Source of the DNA: Octopus bimaculoides | Taxonomy: Eukaryota | Assembly: GCF_001194135.2 (NCBI RefSeq) | Contig: NC_068983.1 | Location: 23,001,518 to 23,065,517 of the forward strand | Reading direction: 5' to 3' | DNA length: 64,000 nucleotides | Shown: positions 49,757 through 62,064 of the stretch, piece by piece | Numbering within the stretch: position 1 is the first letter of the stretch | Layout: each line of letters begins with the position of its first letter | The notes under the pieces: generated by a model | Told to the model about the DNA's origin: nothing | The model's database searches: none | What the model saw: the letters and a program-made list of their open reading frames with translations, nothing else | Program-made: the position numbers and the translations under genes

Positions 49757-50306
49757 CACACATATGCACGCATGGGTCTTATTGAGATTGTGGTTCTGAC
49801 TACACTGAAGCTGAATAAAAGCCAGCAAGGTCATGATCATGATTATTCAGTTGTCAAAATGACATGTTCTCCAGGGTGGGGGTGACCTCAAAATTGTTTT
49901 TAGAGGAAAGCTAAAAATAGTTCTTTTTTCTTTTTTAGTAATTACTTGTGAGTGAAATTTGATAGTTTGGAAAGTGTGGAAGTCCTTCATGTCTGTGTAT
50001 ATATGGGGTGTGTGTAGGTAGGGAGGTAGGTAGGTAGATAAATAGTTAGATAGATGTGTATGCACTTATGCTTACACTGCATATAAAAAAATTATACTGT
50101 TTTATGTTGTACCCTTTTGTGTTCTATAACTTAGCAGTTCATGAAAGAGGTTACAGATTGAATTAGGTACTGGAGTTGATATAGTCAACTAAACCCCTGA
50201 AGGACCATGTCCACAGTCCAATCACTGAGACCATTAAATGCATAAAACTGTGTAAAGGTTTCAGGCTTGCTATAGTGCCTGTGTTACTGTTTTAAGCACT
50301 ATAAAC

Positions 50307-50641
50307 CAGGGGTTCTCTACCATTTTTTATCTATGGACCCCCTTTGATTACTATTTATTCTGGTGGAACCACCACCACCCTCCCCAGTAGACATTCAATT
50401 TTTTTAAAATTTGTCTTATAGAAACTTCCTCCAATACTCCTGATTTGTTTTTCACATATTAACTTGTGTATGTTGAAGTATGTAAACTGTTTGAAAAATA
50501 AACCTAGTTTCTTGCAGTATACACACATCTACAGGAACACTTTTTCATGAGCTCTTAAAATATTATTGTGGATCCCCAATTTACTATTTTGTTACATGGA
50601 CCCCCCCCCCATCTTATATGGACCCAGGTTGAGAGCCACTG
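50307..50641. mobile_element. hAT MITE, 335 bp
   Basis: Imperfect 15-bp TIR CAGGGGTTCTCTACC / GGTTGAGAGCCACTG; 8-bp TSD CTATAAAC / CTTTAAAC (7/8). Confidence 0.82.
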
Positions 50642-51371
50642 CTTTAAACTAATACTGTACTTTGACAGTTATTCAACATTCCTTAGGCCAGCAAAGGAGC
50701 CTCTGTGATCCTCAAATTGTTCTTTATGTGTGTTTCTGTTTGAATGTTTATATCTGTGCTTTGTGTGAAAAACTGCTCATTTACAAGCAGTATAGTTTGC
50801 TAATATTACCTTGTCAGTAAATCATCCATCCATTAGCTCTGCACTTTCAAAGACAAGTGGAATGGAAACTACTTTACTTGAAAAACAGCTATGGTGGTAT
50901 AACAGTGTCTCAATAATGTGTATTCATCTAACCCATGGTAGCATGGAAAAGCAGACATAAAAATGTCTTAAAGGATTTGTTAGGATAATATTGTCCTAAA
51001 TAGAGGGAGTAGTTATGGCACTCTTGGTCAAAGATCTACTTGATCAGAGCTGAATTGAGGCTATACAGTAACAAACAATATATCTTGTTACTTACAGGTC
51101 TGGACAATTCATCTTCACAATACCACCTCATCACATACATCTTAGTAGTTTGAGCTTCTAGAAATAGACTATAAACAACTCCTCAGTCATTTGGCCAATG
51201 TCCTAATGACTTTGTACATCGTAAAAACCTAATACATTTTGGTTGCTCAGCAAAACATTGAGAGATGAAGAGGTTTCTTTTTTTTTTTCTTGTACTGCTG
51301 AAAAATCTTTTTAGTACTAACCACTTATCTTGAAAATTATAATAGTACCTATTCCAAGCTTGGAGTATATA

Positions 51372-51790
51372 TCATCATCGCCATTATTTTAACATACACT
51401 TTTCCATGTTTGCATGGCTTGAACAGAATTCATTGAGGCTGATTTTCTACTGCTGGATGCACTTCTTGTTGCTCACCCTCACCTGTTTCTAAGCAAGGTA
51501 ATATTTTCCCCATAGTCATATGTTTTCACAGAATATCAGAAACGAACGACACTGCTTGTATGACAGCAACACACATTTACAACTATTACCTGACGTCAAA
51601 ACAAGAATACACAAACACACATACACATACATCCAATGAGCTTCTTTCGGTTTCCCTCTACCACATCCACTCAGAAGGCTTTGGTCTGCCTGAGATTACA
51701 GCAGAAGACCCTCGCCCAAGGTGCCAAGCAATGGGACTGAACCTGAAACTACATGGTTTGGAAACAAACTTCATAACCACACAACCATGC
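51372..51790 (-). mobile_element. Family F SINE, full length
   Basis: A-type tRNA head, distinct body, C/RTE-type tail with (GAT)n. Confidence 0.8.
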
Positions 51791-52959
51791 TATATAGATT
51801 AATTCATTTTAAACCAGCACTATGATGCAATATATATAACTAAAACCAAAACCTGTCTGCCATGAACCCTTCCTCTTTTCTCATTTTTTCATTAATTACC
51901 CTAATTTCTGTTATACGCAATGAACTCCTGACAGGAATTTGTATTACATTTACCTAATCATTTGGTCTAATATTTATTTGTAAATGAACTTACCTAATGC
52001 AGTTTACTTAAGATTCCTTTCTCCATTTGCATTTTCTGTGTGACTTGGGATTACCTCGAGTAATGGACCTTCATCAATAGCCAGTTATGAAAATCTTTCT
52101 AACCATTACCACTGTGGAAAAAGAAGTTACATACAATTAACCCTAGCCTCCTCTCACTCCCTGTGTCTTTTTCTCTCTCTATGTCTCCCGCTCTCATGTG
52201 CACACACACACACATACACCCTCATAAATATGTATACAAATTTGTGTGATTTTATTCATCTCACACAATAGTGTAAAAGCCAATCACTTATTTAAGTAGT
52301 TATTTATTTCAATGATCCTGATTGATTTATCAGTGAGTTATCAACACCACTAACTTAGGAGAATTAGCAAATGCAAGTTGTGACTTTCATCCTTTCCAGT
52401 AAGCATTATATCCATTCCTTTCTCTACAAAATTTGGTCCCTCTGAAAATTCCCTTTCCTATTTCCCTCCCGCTCTTTTTTTAAAGGTGGGTGGGGTTGAA
52501 AATGTTCAAACCAAACATAATGATCCCCCCCTGTCTTACAAGGCCTGCTAAAGTCATGAGCACTGATCCTTCCTGCTAACTAAAAGAAACAAAATGTAAA
52601 TCTCTATGTGGGTGTTTACCAAAAATGGCCCTGCTTGTTATCCACTTTAATTTTAAATTTTAAAGAGAGGAAGTTTATGTAACCATGGATTTCTTCCTTA
52701 CTCAAACAGAAAATCTCAAATTTACAAGTAGGTTAGGAAAAAAATTAGTACATAATGCTAATAAATTTATCACTGTCCTGATCTACTCACCCCCACACAG
52801 ATTACACAACATAAGCTTTGTAATGGTGGTGGGGGGTGGGATTAAGAGTTTTATTATGGGGGGCTGGATTAACTCCTCTTTAAGGCTCTTCTTTATCTCA
52901 ATGAAAATTTAATCGAAATAGGTTTCCTTTTATAAATTGATCTTCGTAACTGTTATCAT

Positions 52960-53490
52960 TAGCATCATCATCACTCTCTCCAGTTGGTAACATCCCCTAC
53001 AAACACCTATTGGTTTAGTATACCTTGCCATCATCATCCTCTTATCATAATCACTACCATTCTTCCCATCTCTCTATATAATTATCATTCCACTACCAAT
53101 ATTACTCTCTATCAAGAACTACCATCCCTTTCTGCCCCAACTCTCTTCCTCATCATTGCAACTTCTCTCCCCCTCAAAACAAACTCCACCCTCACTATTA
53201 GTATCATCTCCCCTAAATTAACATCCTTTCCTTGGCCTTTGTCCTACCACCTCAATCATCATCACTCTATCAATATTTGATTTCTTGCTCCTCTACTACC
53301 TTACCTAACTTATTGATCCTGTTCTTGGTGTTCTGCAAATATCCCCTCCCCTTTTTACTATAATCACTTTTAACCCTTTTTTTTTTTCTTGTTTTTCATA
53401 ACTTCCTCTCATTTCACTTCCTGTTTTTCTTAACATCTCTATTTCTCTTCCCAGCCCCTATCTAATATTCAGCTCCTTATTTAAATTTAG
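52960..53490. repeat. C/T/A-rich low-complexity tract
   Basis: Strong G depletion on + strand; degenerate CAT/CTC repeats. Confidence 0.75.
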
Positions 53491-53512
53491 CATTTTGAAA
53501 TCAAATAAGCTG

Positions 53513-53685
53513 NNNNNNNNNNNNNNNNNNNNNNNNNNNNNNNNNNNNNNNNNNNNNNNNNNNNNNNNNNNNNNNNNNNNNNNNNNNNNNNNNNNNNNNN
53601 NNNNNNNNNNNNNNNNNNNNNNNNNNNNNNNNNNNNNNNNNNNNNNNNNNNNNNNNNNNNNNNNNNNNNNNNNNNNNNNNNNNNN
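53513..53685. other. Assembly gap (173 N)
   Basis: N run. Confidence 1.
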
Positions 53686-53774
53686 TTAATCTTTTATATT
53701 TTACTTTTAAAACTAAAAACCTACTCTGTTACCTCTCAGACAAACCTATTTCCCTAATTGATATTAATTAACCT

Positions 53775-54100
53775 GTGCATAAGGATTTTCGAGCTTCTAG
53801 GGATTTTCGAGCGAGATCGTTGCCAGTGCCCCTGGACTGGCTCTTGTGCGAGTGGCACATAAAATACACCATTTTGAGCGTGGCCGTTGCTAGTACCACC
53901 TGACTGGCCTTCATGCCAGTGGCACGTAAAAGCACCCACTACACTCTCTGAGTGGTTGGCGTTAGGAAAGGCATGCAGCTGTAGAAACTCTGCCAGATCA
54001 GATTGGAGCCTGGTGTTGCCATCTGGTTTCACCAGTCCTCAGTCAAATCGTCCAACCCATGCTAGCATGGAAGGCGGACATTAAACGATGAACGATGATG
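53775..54100 (+). mobile_element. Family C retroposon, young, longest copy
   Basis: Two ~65-bp internal subrepeats (GTTGCCAGT...TGGCAC.TAAAA) followed by the standard tail. Confidence 0.88.
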
Positions 54101-54420
54101 CATATGTATTAGCATAACATTTGCACGTACATGTCTCTTGCATATCTGCTAGTGTTGTTGCTGTTGCTGTTTATCCCCAAGTCAGACCAAGGTTTTCTAT
54201 CCATGAATTACACCCTTTGTTAGATCATGCATATCCATGTTTCTGCATTGGTGAACACCTGTTGTTGAATTGTTGCTCGTATACAATTCCAAATCTTTAC
54301 ATACTTGTAAATAGTCTTTAACATATGTGTATTTGCTTTATTCTCTTTACACCTGCATATACCTACGTTGGTACATTTGTGCACACTTGAATTTTGTGTG
54401 CTTGCCATTATATATATGAT

Positions 54421-54471
<51 letters not shown>

Positions 54472-55114
54472 TTGTGGTGGACTATATGTAGATAGCTATA
54501 TTTTGTACACCTGTACTCACATGCTTGAGTCATACTTTATGGATAATAGTACCAGTACCATTTACTCCAAAAACTTTACAACTGCAGTAATACGAGCTTT
54601 AAAATCAGCATGAATGTAATGCGGCATCATTAATGGATAAGATTAAAGGGTGGGGAAAGGGAAAATTTGTTGCAAGTTAATGAGCTAATAAAATTTTTCT
54701 TTCTTTTCTATACTCTTTTTTTTTTGTTTTTTTTCCTGTTTTTTTTTTGGTGGGGGGTGGGGGTTCTTTAACCAGGCAAATGGTTAATTTCAAGAAAAGC
54801 AAATTATGTAGTTATTATTTAGGGATCTCTTAAGTGTCAGTTGAGAGACAGCAAATGGGCCAAGCCATTAAAGCACTGGCTGAAATGTGTCATGGTATTT
54901 GTTCTGGCTCTCTGGAGTCTGAATTCAAATTTCACTCCAGTCAGCTAGCCCAACCCATGCCAAAGTGGTGGGGTTGGTGTGGGGAAAATTCAACATAAAA
55001 AAAAAACAGTAAGGATGATTTTGTTTTTTTCTCTATAGCTAATTATAGTGTTGTTTAACCCCAAGTCAGCCCTGTTATAGTGTATAGCAGTTGCATAGCT
55101 ACCCTGTAGAGTGT

Positions 55115-55380
55115 CATCATCATCATCATCATCGTCGTTTAACGTCCGCTTTCCATGCTAGCATGGGTTGGACGATTTGACTGAGGACTGGTGAAACCAG
55201 ATGGCTACACCAGGCTCCAATTTGATTTGGCAGAGTTTCTACAGCTGGATGCTCTTCCTAATGCCAACCACTCCGAGAGTGTAGTGGGTGCTTTTACGTG
55301 CCACCCGCACGAAGGCCAGTCAGGCGGTACTGGCAATGGCCACGCTCAAAATGGTGTATTTTACGTGCCACCCGCACAAC
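55115..55380 (-). mobile_element. Family C retroposon, young
   Basis: Reverse complement of 53830-54100. Confidence 0.88.
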
Positions 55381-55654
55381 ACAAATATCAGTTTAGCTAT
55401 ACATTTAATTTTGTTTTCATTTTCTTTTTTTTTTATTTTTCCTTTACTGAATCTGGAGCCTCCTCTCGGGCTCTCTTAGTTGAGATAGACACCAGTGATG
55501 TTCCTTTTTAAAAGTTAAAAGTATGATCAGGGAGTGACTACTAAAGGCATGACCAGGTATGATATTTTAGCAAGGAAGGACTAAATATAACAATTAGTGT
55601 TAGTAAAATCGCTATCTTTCACACATACAGGCCTGTCCTTGCAGGTGCCACATT

Positions 55655-56071
55655 AGAAGCACCCATGCCGGTGCTGCACAAATGCACCCATTCCAGTGGC
55701 ATGTAAAAAGCACCCAGCATACTTTAAGTGGTTGGCATTAGGAAGGGCATCCAGCCATAGAAACCATGCCACAACAGACAATTGGAGTCTGGACAGCTCC
55801 CAGCTGGCCAACTCCATGTTAAACCATTCTACCCATGCCAGCATGGAAAGCAGACGTTAATCGATGATGATGCAGGGCTTAGGTGAGTTGGACACAACAA
55901 AGGTGATATAAGAGGAGGAAAGACATGTGGTCAAAAATTCTTGAGTGTAGATAGCATAAGCTCGGCCAGCTCCAAGTTGCAGAGTCCATTATAATAGCTG
56001 TAGAAAAGACAGAGCAAGGAGACAGCATGCTTGTCCGTCTGCGACTGGAGTGTGTCTGTGAGTGAAGCCCC
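55655..56071 (+). mobile_element. Older C copy (55655-55872) abutting family H repeat (55873-56071)
   Basis: H (GAGTTGGACACAACAAAGGTGA...GGAGACAGC...GTGTGTCTGT) recurs at 62810-63050. Confidence 0.7.
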
Positions 56072-57656
56072 TTTTTATATATACACTAATACTTCAACTA
56101 CAAGGCTACCTAAATTTCTAAATTTTAAACTCGCTTTAATTGGAATCTTCCTGCATTTTATTCTTTTCTAAAGACGTTTTCAGCCATCTTACATCATCTT
56201 TCTCGTCTCCAGTTTAGATTTTTTTTACAAATATTTTCCAATGTTTGAAATATTTGGGATACATTTATCCAACCGCCAGCATTTGATATTTTATTTTATT
56301 TATACTATTTTTTTTTTTTGTCTTGGAGAACTGAAGCAGAATAATTAGTAAGACTTGCTTAATAATATGATTACTTTTGTATTTAATTCTCATCTACTTA
56401 AAAATTATCCTATCAGATCATAGAGGTATTGTATCTCCACTTATTAACACAGCGGGCATTTATTCTTGAAATGTTATATGGATCAAGGTTATTTTATTTC
56501 TCTGAATTTCTCTTTTTTTTTTTTCCCTTTTTGGCTTTTTTTTTTTTTGCACTGCACAAGTATTAGATTAGGACATTTACTTAACGAGATCAGTTCAACT
56601 TAACATTGACTTAATACCTGTATGTATATATGTATGTATATATGTATGTATGTATGTATGTACACACACCCACCCACCCACACACACACACACACACCCA
56701 TACATGTAGTCTGTTGTTGAATGTCAGTGTCATTGTAGTGCTACTGACATGCTTGCTAGAAAAACTACTAAATGATAGAAGCTCAAATATTCTGATTTTG
56801 ATACTTTGGATAAATATATATTTAATATCAGCCCACCTATTACCATCCATATTGAAGTTCTCATATTTGAATTATAATTAGAATCTCTCTCAAGTTAATA
56901 CACCCTACAGATTCTGTTGTACCAGGGTTTGCAGGACGTCCTTGTGAAGCTCTACAGATCTTTCAGGACAAGGCTCACCTTCTAGGCTGTAGTTTCCAGC
57001 TCGGAATTTCTGGAATCACCATTGACACTGGCTTATTCTTATTGTCTGATCCCTATATACTTCATTAATATTCCTCCCACTTTCCATTGCGTTGTTGCCT
57101 TTATTAAACTCATAAAGCAAAATATGCCGAATATGCTCCTTTGTCACTTCCATTATAGCTTTGAAACAATAACTATTAAAATCGAACTGCACTCTTCAAA
57201 GCTTGCACTAAGAATGAATACAAGGTAAAGTTACAACCCACTTTAATAGCAAGTTGATGCAGATAGTTTATCCCATCCCCCTCCGACTTTTAGTTCATGC
57301 AATGGAAAAACCACATTATTTATGGGATGACCCAATATTTAATAATAGGCCAGGTCAATCAGACTGACCTGAATCGAAACAGCAATAGACATCAAAACAT
57401 ACAGCTTCAAGTATTTTACTAAATCTATCTAGAGTCTCTGGAGATTAATTGAATATTAATGTATATATTGAAAATTAATTTAAATACAGATTGTTTTAAT
57501 TAATTCAGTATAATCACAAAAAACAAATAATCATGCGAAGATCAGTGTGCTGAATCAAGGAATGCAATGCAAGTGTGTGTGCTTATGTAAAGGATTCAAA
57601 CTTGAAATGTATTTATAAGTTTGTACACTGCTATTAGTATTTATAGACACACATAA

Positions 57657-57850
57657 GGTGGCAAGCTGGTAGAATTGTAAGCATGCCAGCATTTCATGTC
57701 TTCATGTTCTGAGTTCAAATGCTGCCAAGGTTGACTTTGCCTTTCATCCCTTTCAGGGTCAATAAAATAAGTACTAGTTGGGTCAATCTAACTGACTTAG
57801 CCTCCTCCCCCCGAAATTGCTGGCCTTGTGCCAAAATTTGAAACCACTAT
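57657..57850 (+). mobile_element. Family B SINE 131 bp upstream of exon 3
   Basis: B head, core and GAAATTGCTGGCCTTGTGCCAAAATTTGAAAC tail. Confidence 0.82.
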
Positions 57851-57981
57851 TTATAGAGACACATGAGAATTTATGAGTATATAAATTTGAATCAAACATT
57901 GCATAAAATTTATTTTCCTGTATTCTTTTCAACTATTTAAAACTATATTTAAATATTTTTCTTGGTTTTGTTTCTATTCAG

Positions 57982-58209
57982 ATATTGCAAAAGGACATAG
58001 AATCTCATTTGAGAGTGGTTTCAGCAGTACTTAAGCTTGGTGAATGCCTTCAAAATGGAAAAAATGAAGAAAAGTTTCGTGAACAATCTATCACCTTTCC
58101 AGAATCACTTCATGATGTCAGCCACAATCTGGAGAAAAGATGGCATACAATTTGGTTACAGTCACTTGAGTGGCAGTGTCGTTTAGAACAAGCAATTATT
58201 TCTAAGAAG
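57982..58209 (+). CDS. Internal coding exon (third) of the same gene
   Basis: Acceptor ttttgtttctattcAG at 57981, donor GTATGT at 58210. 228 nt, phase 0 to 0: ILQKDIESHLRVVSAVLKLGECLQNG...SLHDVSHNLEKRWHTIWLQSLEWQCRLEQAIISKK. From memory this resembles the repeat 'DIE.H...V.SVL.LC..L....NLE.RW..I..QS..WQ.RL' of AKAP6/klarsicht/nesprins. Orthology needs a search. Confidence 0.92.
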
Positions 58210-60394
58210 GTATGTGTTTGCTTGCTAACACTCTTATAGTTTTTTTGTTGTTTTTTTTCCCCTCTTATTTTCAGGCAGAAATAATTTTTCATTTGAAGGA
58301 AGAACTGATCTCAAAGTATGTTGAGAACATTAGTTTTTGTTAAATGGTAGCAAAATTGGTAAATTTAGTTTCTATCTATCAACTAAGCAACTTACCAGAA
58401 TATTAAAAGGATCTGAAAGCTACAAACCCTTTTTTAACTCTCTAATGCCTGAATTATCAATCTACATTAAATTCTTCTTAACCATCATAATAGATACCTT
58501 CTTTCTGTGATTCAAATGATCTTACTTCAAACCTGCACAAGAGAATGGACACAGTTATATATAATGATTTCTAAGGTATTGCCACATAGTTACAATTTTA
58601 TAGGTGGTGGGATACAGTTGTTTGAATCAACATCATTACATCACTTCTTCTTTTTTTTTTTTTTTTTAATGTAAGTTTTGTAGAAAGGAATAGAAGTCAG
58701 ATTCAATCCAAACTGGATTTGAGCTCAGAACTGAAAAGCATGAGGTGCAATAACTTTTCTCCCAATGTAACTTTAGTCTCTTTTCTGGCTCTTTCTGTCA
58801 CCACTAATATAATAAAGGATATAAGATGAGCAATTTATATTTCTATACTTAACTGTAATAAGGAGGGAAAAATGATATATAACACTTAATGGCTAAATCA
58901 GACTAGCTATTTTAGTTTGCAGTGTTGTGTAAGTCACCCCTGAACTATTCCATGATACTAACATTTTTGTTAGTATACCAAACAACTGAGTGAATTTAGG
59001 ACATTATTATTACCCCCAATGTAATTATTTTCATTGTAAATTTTGTAATCAATAATCAATTACACTTTTGTAATTATTACAGTTGATTATTGATTAATAC
59101 AGTTTTTTTTTCAACAAGGGGAGGCCTAGGAAAGTATTTACAAATTGATATTACAAATAAAAATGTTCTCAATAAACTTAATTCGTTTATACACACAAGC
59201 TCAGGTCAAGTATTTTATTTGCATAAACCTCTATTAAACCTCAATCCAACATTTACACAGGTATTCATAACTACTGAACCATATCATAATAGGTATAATA
59301 ATCCCCCTGGTCCATTTTATATTTGCTATTTTCCATTATTTCTTTCCCTCTTTTAGGCACTCTATTCTTTTACTCATGGTATAGATTTTTATTGTGTCTG
59401 CTTTAGAAAATATCACAGAATAAGACCATCAAATATTTACTAATGTTTACTAGAAAAACTATAATCCAAACTTCTTTTACCTCGATAACTTTTTTTGTTT
59501 GTTCTTCTTGTTTTAACATTCTTCTCTTCGTTATTTTTAAGTATTTTTGTTATATAATTCAATTCATGATAGTATGGAATATGGATGTTTAAAGAATGAA
59601 CAAATGATATAAAATATATGTATAAATGATTTGCTTTTCAAACAAACATACATTGCTTAATAAAATATTTGCTTGCCACAAAAGTTCTCTACTACTGTAA
59701 GCTATTTACTTAGACTCGTGTAAAACAATCCCATCCAAATTATACAGTATGGGGTGTTTGAAGAGAGTACCCCCATCATAATTTCTTCCTTGCTCCCCTT
59801 TCTGAGCCAATATTAGCAATTAAGAGTTGAATAACAGTTTATGGTGGACTTTTTTTGTATTTTCATTACCATTGCTTTGCTGTCTCTGAAATCAAGGTTA
59901 TTGATTTTAAGGTGTTGTTTCCTTGAAAACTTTTGGACTTGAGTGCAATGTTCTTAATCTTAAGTTTATGTTTATATTGCTTACCTTCAACAAAAAAAAA
60001 ACCCCCCAAAAAAATATGTATCTCTGTATACATTACTGGACAATTACAAACCATAGTTATATGTCATTGGGCAAACAGTGTCAATAAGGAATTGTATGGG
60101 ACTTTTTTTGATGTTATGTTTGTATTCACATCAGAGTTAGTTTAGTTCACTGGCTGCTTGATTAGTTGGAGTGTGTGAGAGGGAAAGGTTGATTGTTACC
60201 TTTCACTCACACTTCATCAGTGTATGCCAGATTCTCATTGTTATTTAATATCAGTTATGCAATATTCTCTCTAATTAAGCATATTAGATATTAAGTGGAG
60301 TTTTTGTCTATAACTATTGAGTAGATAATGTCAGTCGAAGTCTTAGGTAATTTTCGTTGTCTTTATTATTGATGATGGTGATGATAATGATAAT

Positions 60395-60583
60395 AGTAAT
60401 AATTTCAAATTTTGACACAAGTCCAGCAGTTTTGGAGGAGAGGTTAAATCGATTACATTGACCCCAGAGTTCAAATGGTATTTATTTTATCAACCCTGAA
60501 AGTATTAAAGGCAAAGTTGACCTCAGTGGCATTTGAACTCAGAACATAAAGACAGACAAAATGCCACTAAGCATTTTGCCACC

Positions 60584-60619
<36 letters not shown>

Positions 60620-61220
60620 TTCATAATGATCCTGGTTGAAGGTGACAATGGTTGTAATAATAGTAGTAAAAATAACAAGGGGGAAACGATAGTAAAGGTA
60701 GAGATATGGCTGATTGAATGTACCCTAGTTCATTATTACTACTTGTTTCATTGACCTTTTGTTCTAAATGGGATGAAAGACAAATTTAATTTTGAGATTT
60801 GAACTCAGAATGCAAAAGAGACCAAGCTAAATACAGCTGTCTACCTCAAATAATAATCACTTTTTAAAATTTAGGTTCAAGGTCAAACATTTTGCAGGAA
60901 GGGAACAATTGATTGTATCAACCTAATATTTAGACTGGCGTTTGATTTAGCAACTCCTGAAAGATTGAAAGGCTAAAAGTAACTTTGGTAGGATTTGAAC
61001 TTGAAAAATAAACATCTGGAACAAATACTGCAAAGCTTTTTATCTGACACTCTAAAATATCTGCCAATTCTCCTCCTTGAGTACCAATAATGTTGAGGAC
61101 CACATATTGATGGGGAGTTACAGTTGGTTATATTGATTTCAGTAGTTGTCTGGTACTTTACTTCATCAACTTCAGAAGGTTATGAGGTAATGTCTACTAA
61201 AACCAGATTTGAATTTAGAT
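60395..61220 (-). mobile_element. Cluster of about four degenerate B SINEs on the minus strand
   Basis: Repeated AAAGGCAAAGTTGAC...ATTTGAACTCAGAA; (ATA)n at ~60583-60619. Confidence 0.72.
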
Positions 61221-61302
61221 TGTAAAACAGACAGTTATTCAAATAAAACATAAGAGGAAGACCATAGGGAAAAGGAAATATCACCATCACCATCATCATA
61301 AT

Positions 61303-61415
61303 CATCATCATCCTTTAACATCCGTTTTCCATGCTGGCATGGGTCAGTCAGTTTGATCAGAGCTAGCTATCCAACCCATGCCAGCATGGAAAATGAACAT
61401 TAAAGAATGATGATG
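61303..61415. repeat. Inverted pair of family C tails
   Basis: 61325-61344 is the exact reverse complement of 61374-61393; imperfect pairing extends to 42 bp. Confidence 0.9.
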
Positions 61416-61642
61416 ATTTAAATAATATCAACAAATTTCAAATATTCTCATGTACCTCTATTAATACCAACAGCTGTATACAGACACGTAAAAACATAAC
61501 CTTATAACATATTCAGGTACACTTAATGCACAATTAATAATAATTATTTATTCTTTTCATTAATATAATGCTATTACATAGAGAAATGCATCTTGTCCAT
61601 TAACCCAGTAGATTGATGTATATGGCAGGAGAAAAAAAAAAT

Positions 61643-61805
61643 GGTGGTTGGCGTTAGGAAGGGCATCCAGCTGTAGAAACTCTGCCAAATTAGACTGGAG
61701 CCTGGTGTAGCCATCCGGTTTCACCAGTCCTCAGTCAAATCGTCCAACCCATGCTAGCATGGAAAGCGGACGTTAAACGACGATGATGACGATGATGATG
61801 ATGAT
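61643..61805 (+). mobile_element. Family C retroposon, young 5'-truncated copy
   Basis: Near-identical to 71-220. Confidence 0.85.
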
Positions 61806-62030
61806 TCTGGATCAGGGTATATTATCATACTTACTGAGCTGACAAAGAGAAAAACAAGAGCCCTAATCTTACTTTCGTAGTTAAGTAATTAGCTGCAAAA
61901 TGAGCTTCCAATTGACTAAAAGAAAAAATTGGGCCAGTGAATAAAAACCATGTAACCTTCGTATGTATGGGGGAAAAAAAAAAACAGTTGTAAAATTATG
62001 TATCTGCATACATTCACGTATATCTATGCA

Positions 62031-62064
<34 letters not shown>

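Larger units (their letters stand above)
25172..57981 (+). other. GT-AG intron, 32,810 bp (contains two N gaps)
   Basis: Defined by the flanking in-phase exons. Confidence 0.85.

Noticed and set aside
49911-49920. Consensus MEF2 site CTAAAAATAG
   Set aside because: A few such AT-rich matches are expected by chance in 64 kb of this composition; no supporting cluster.
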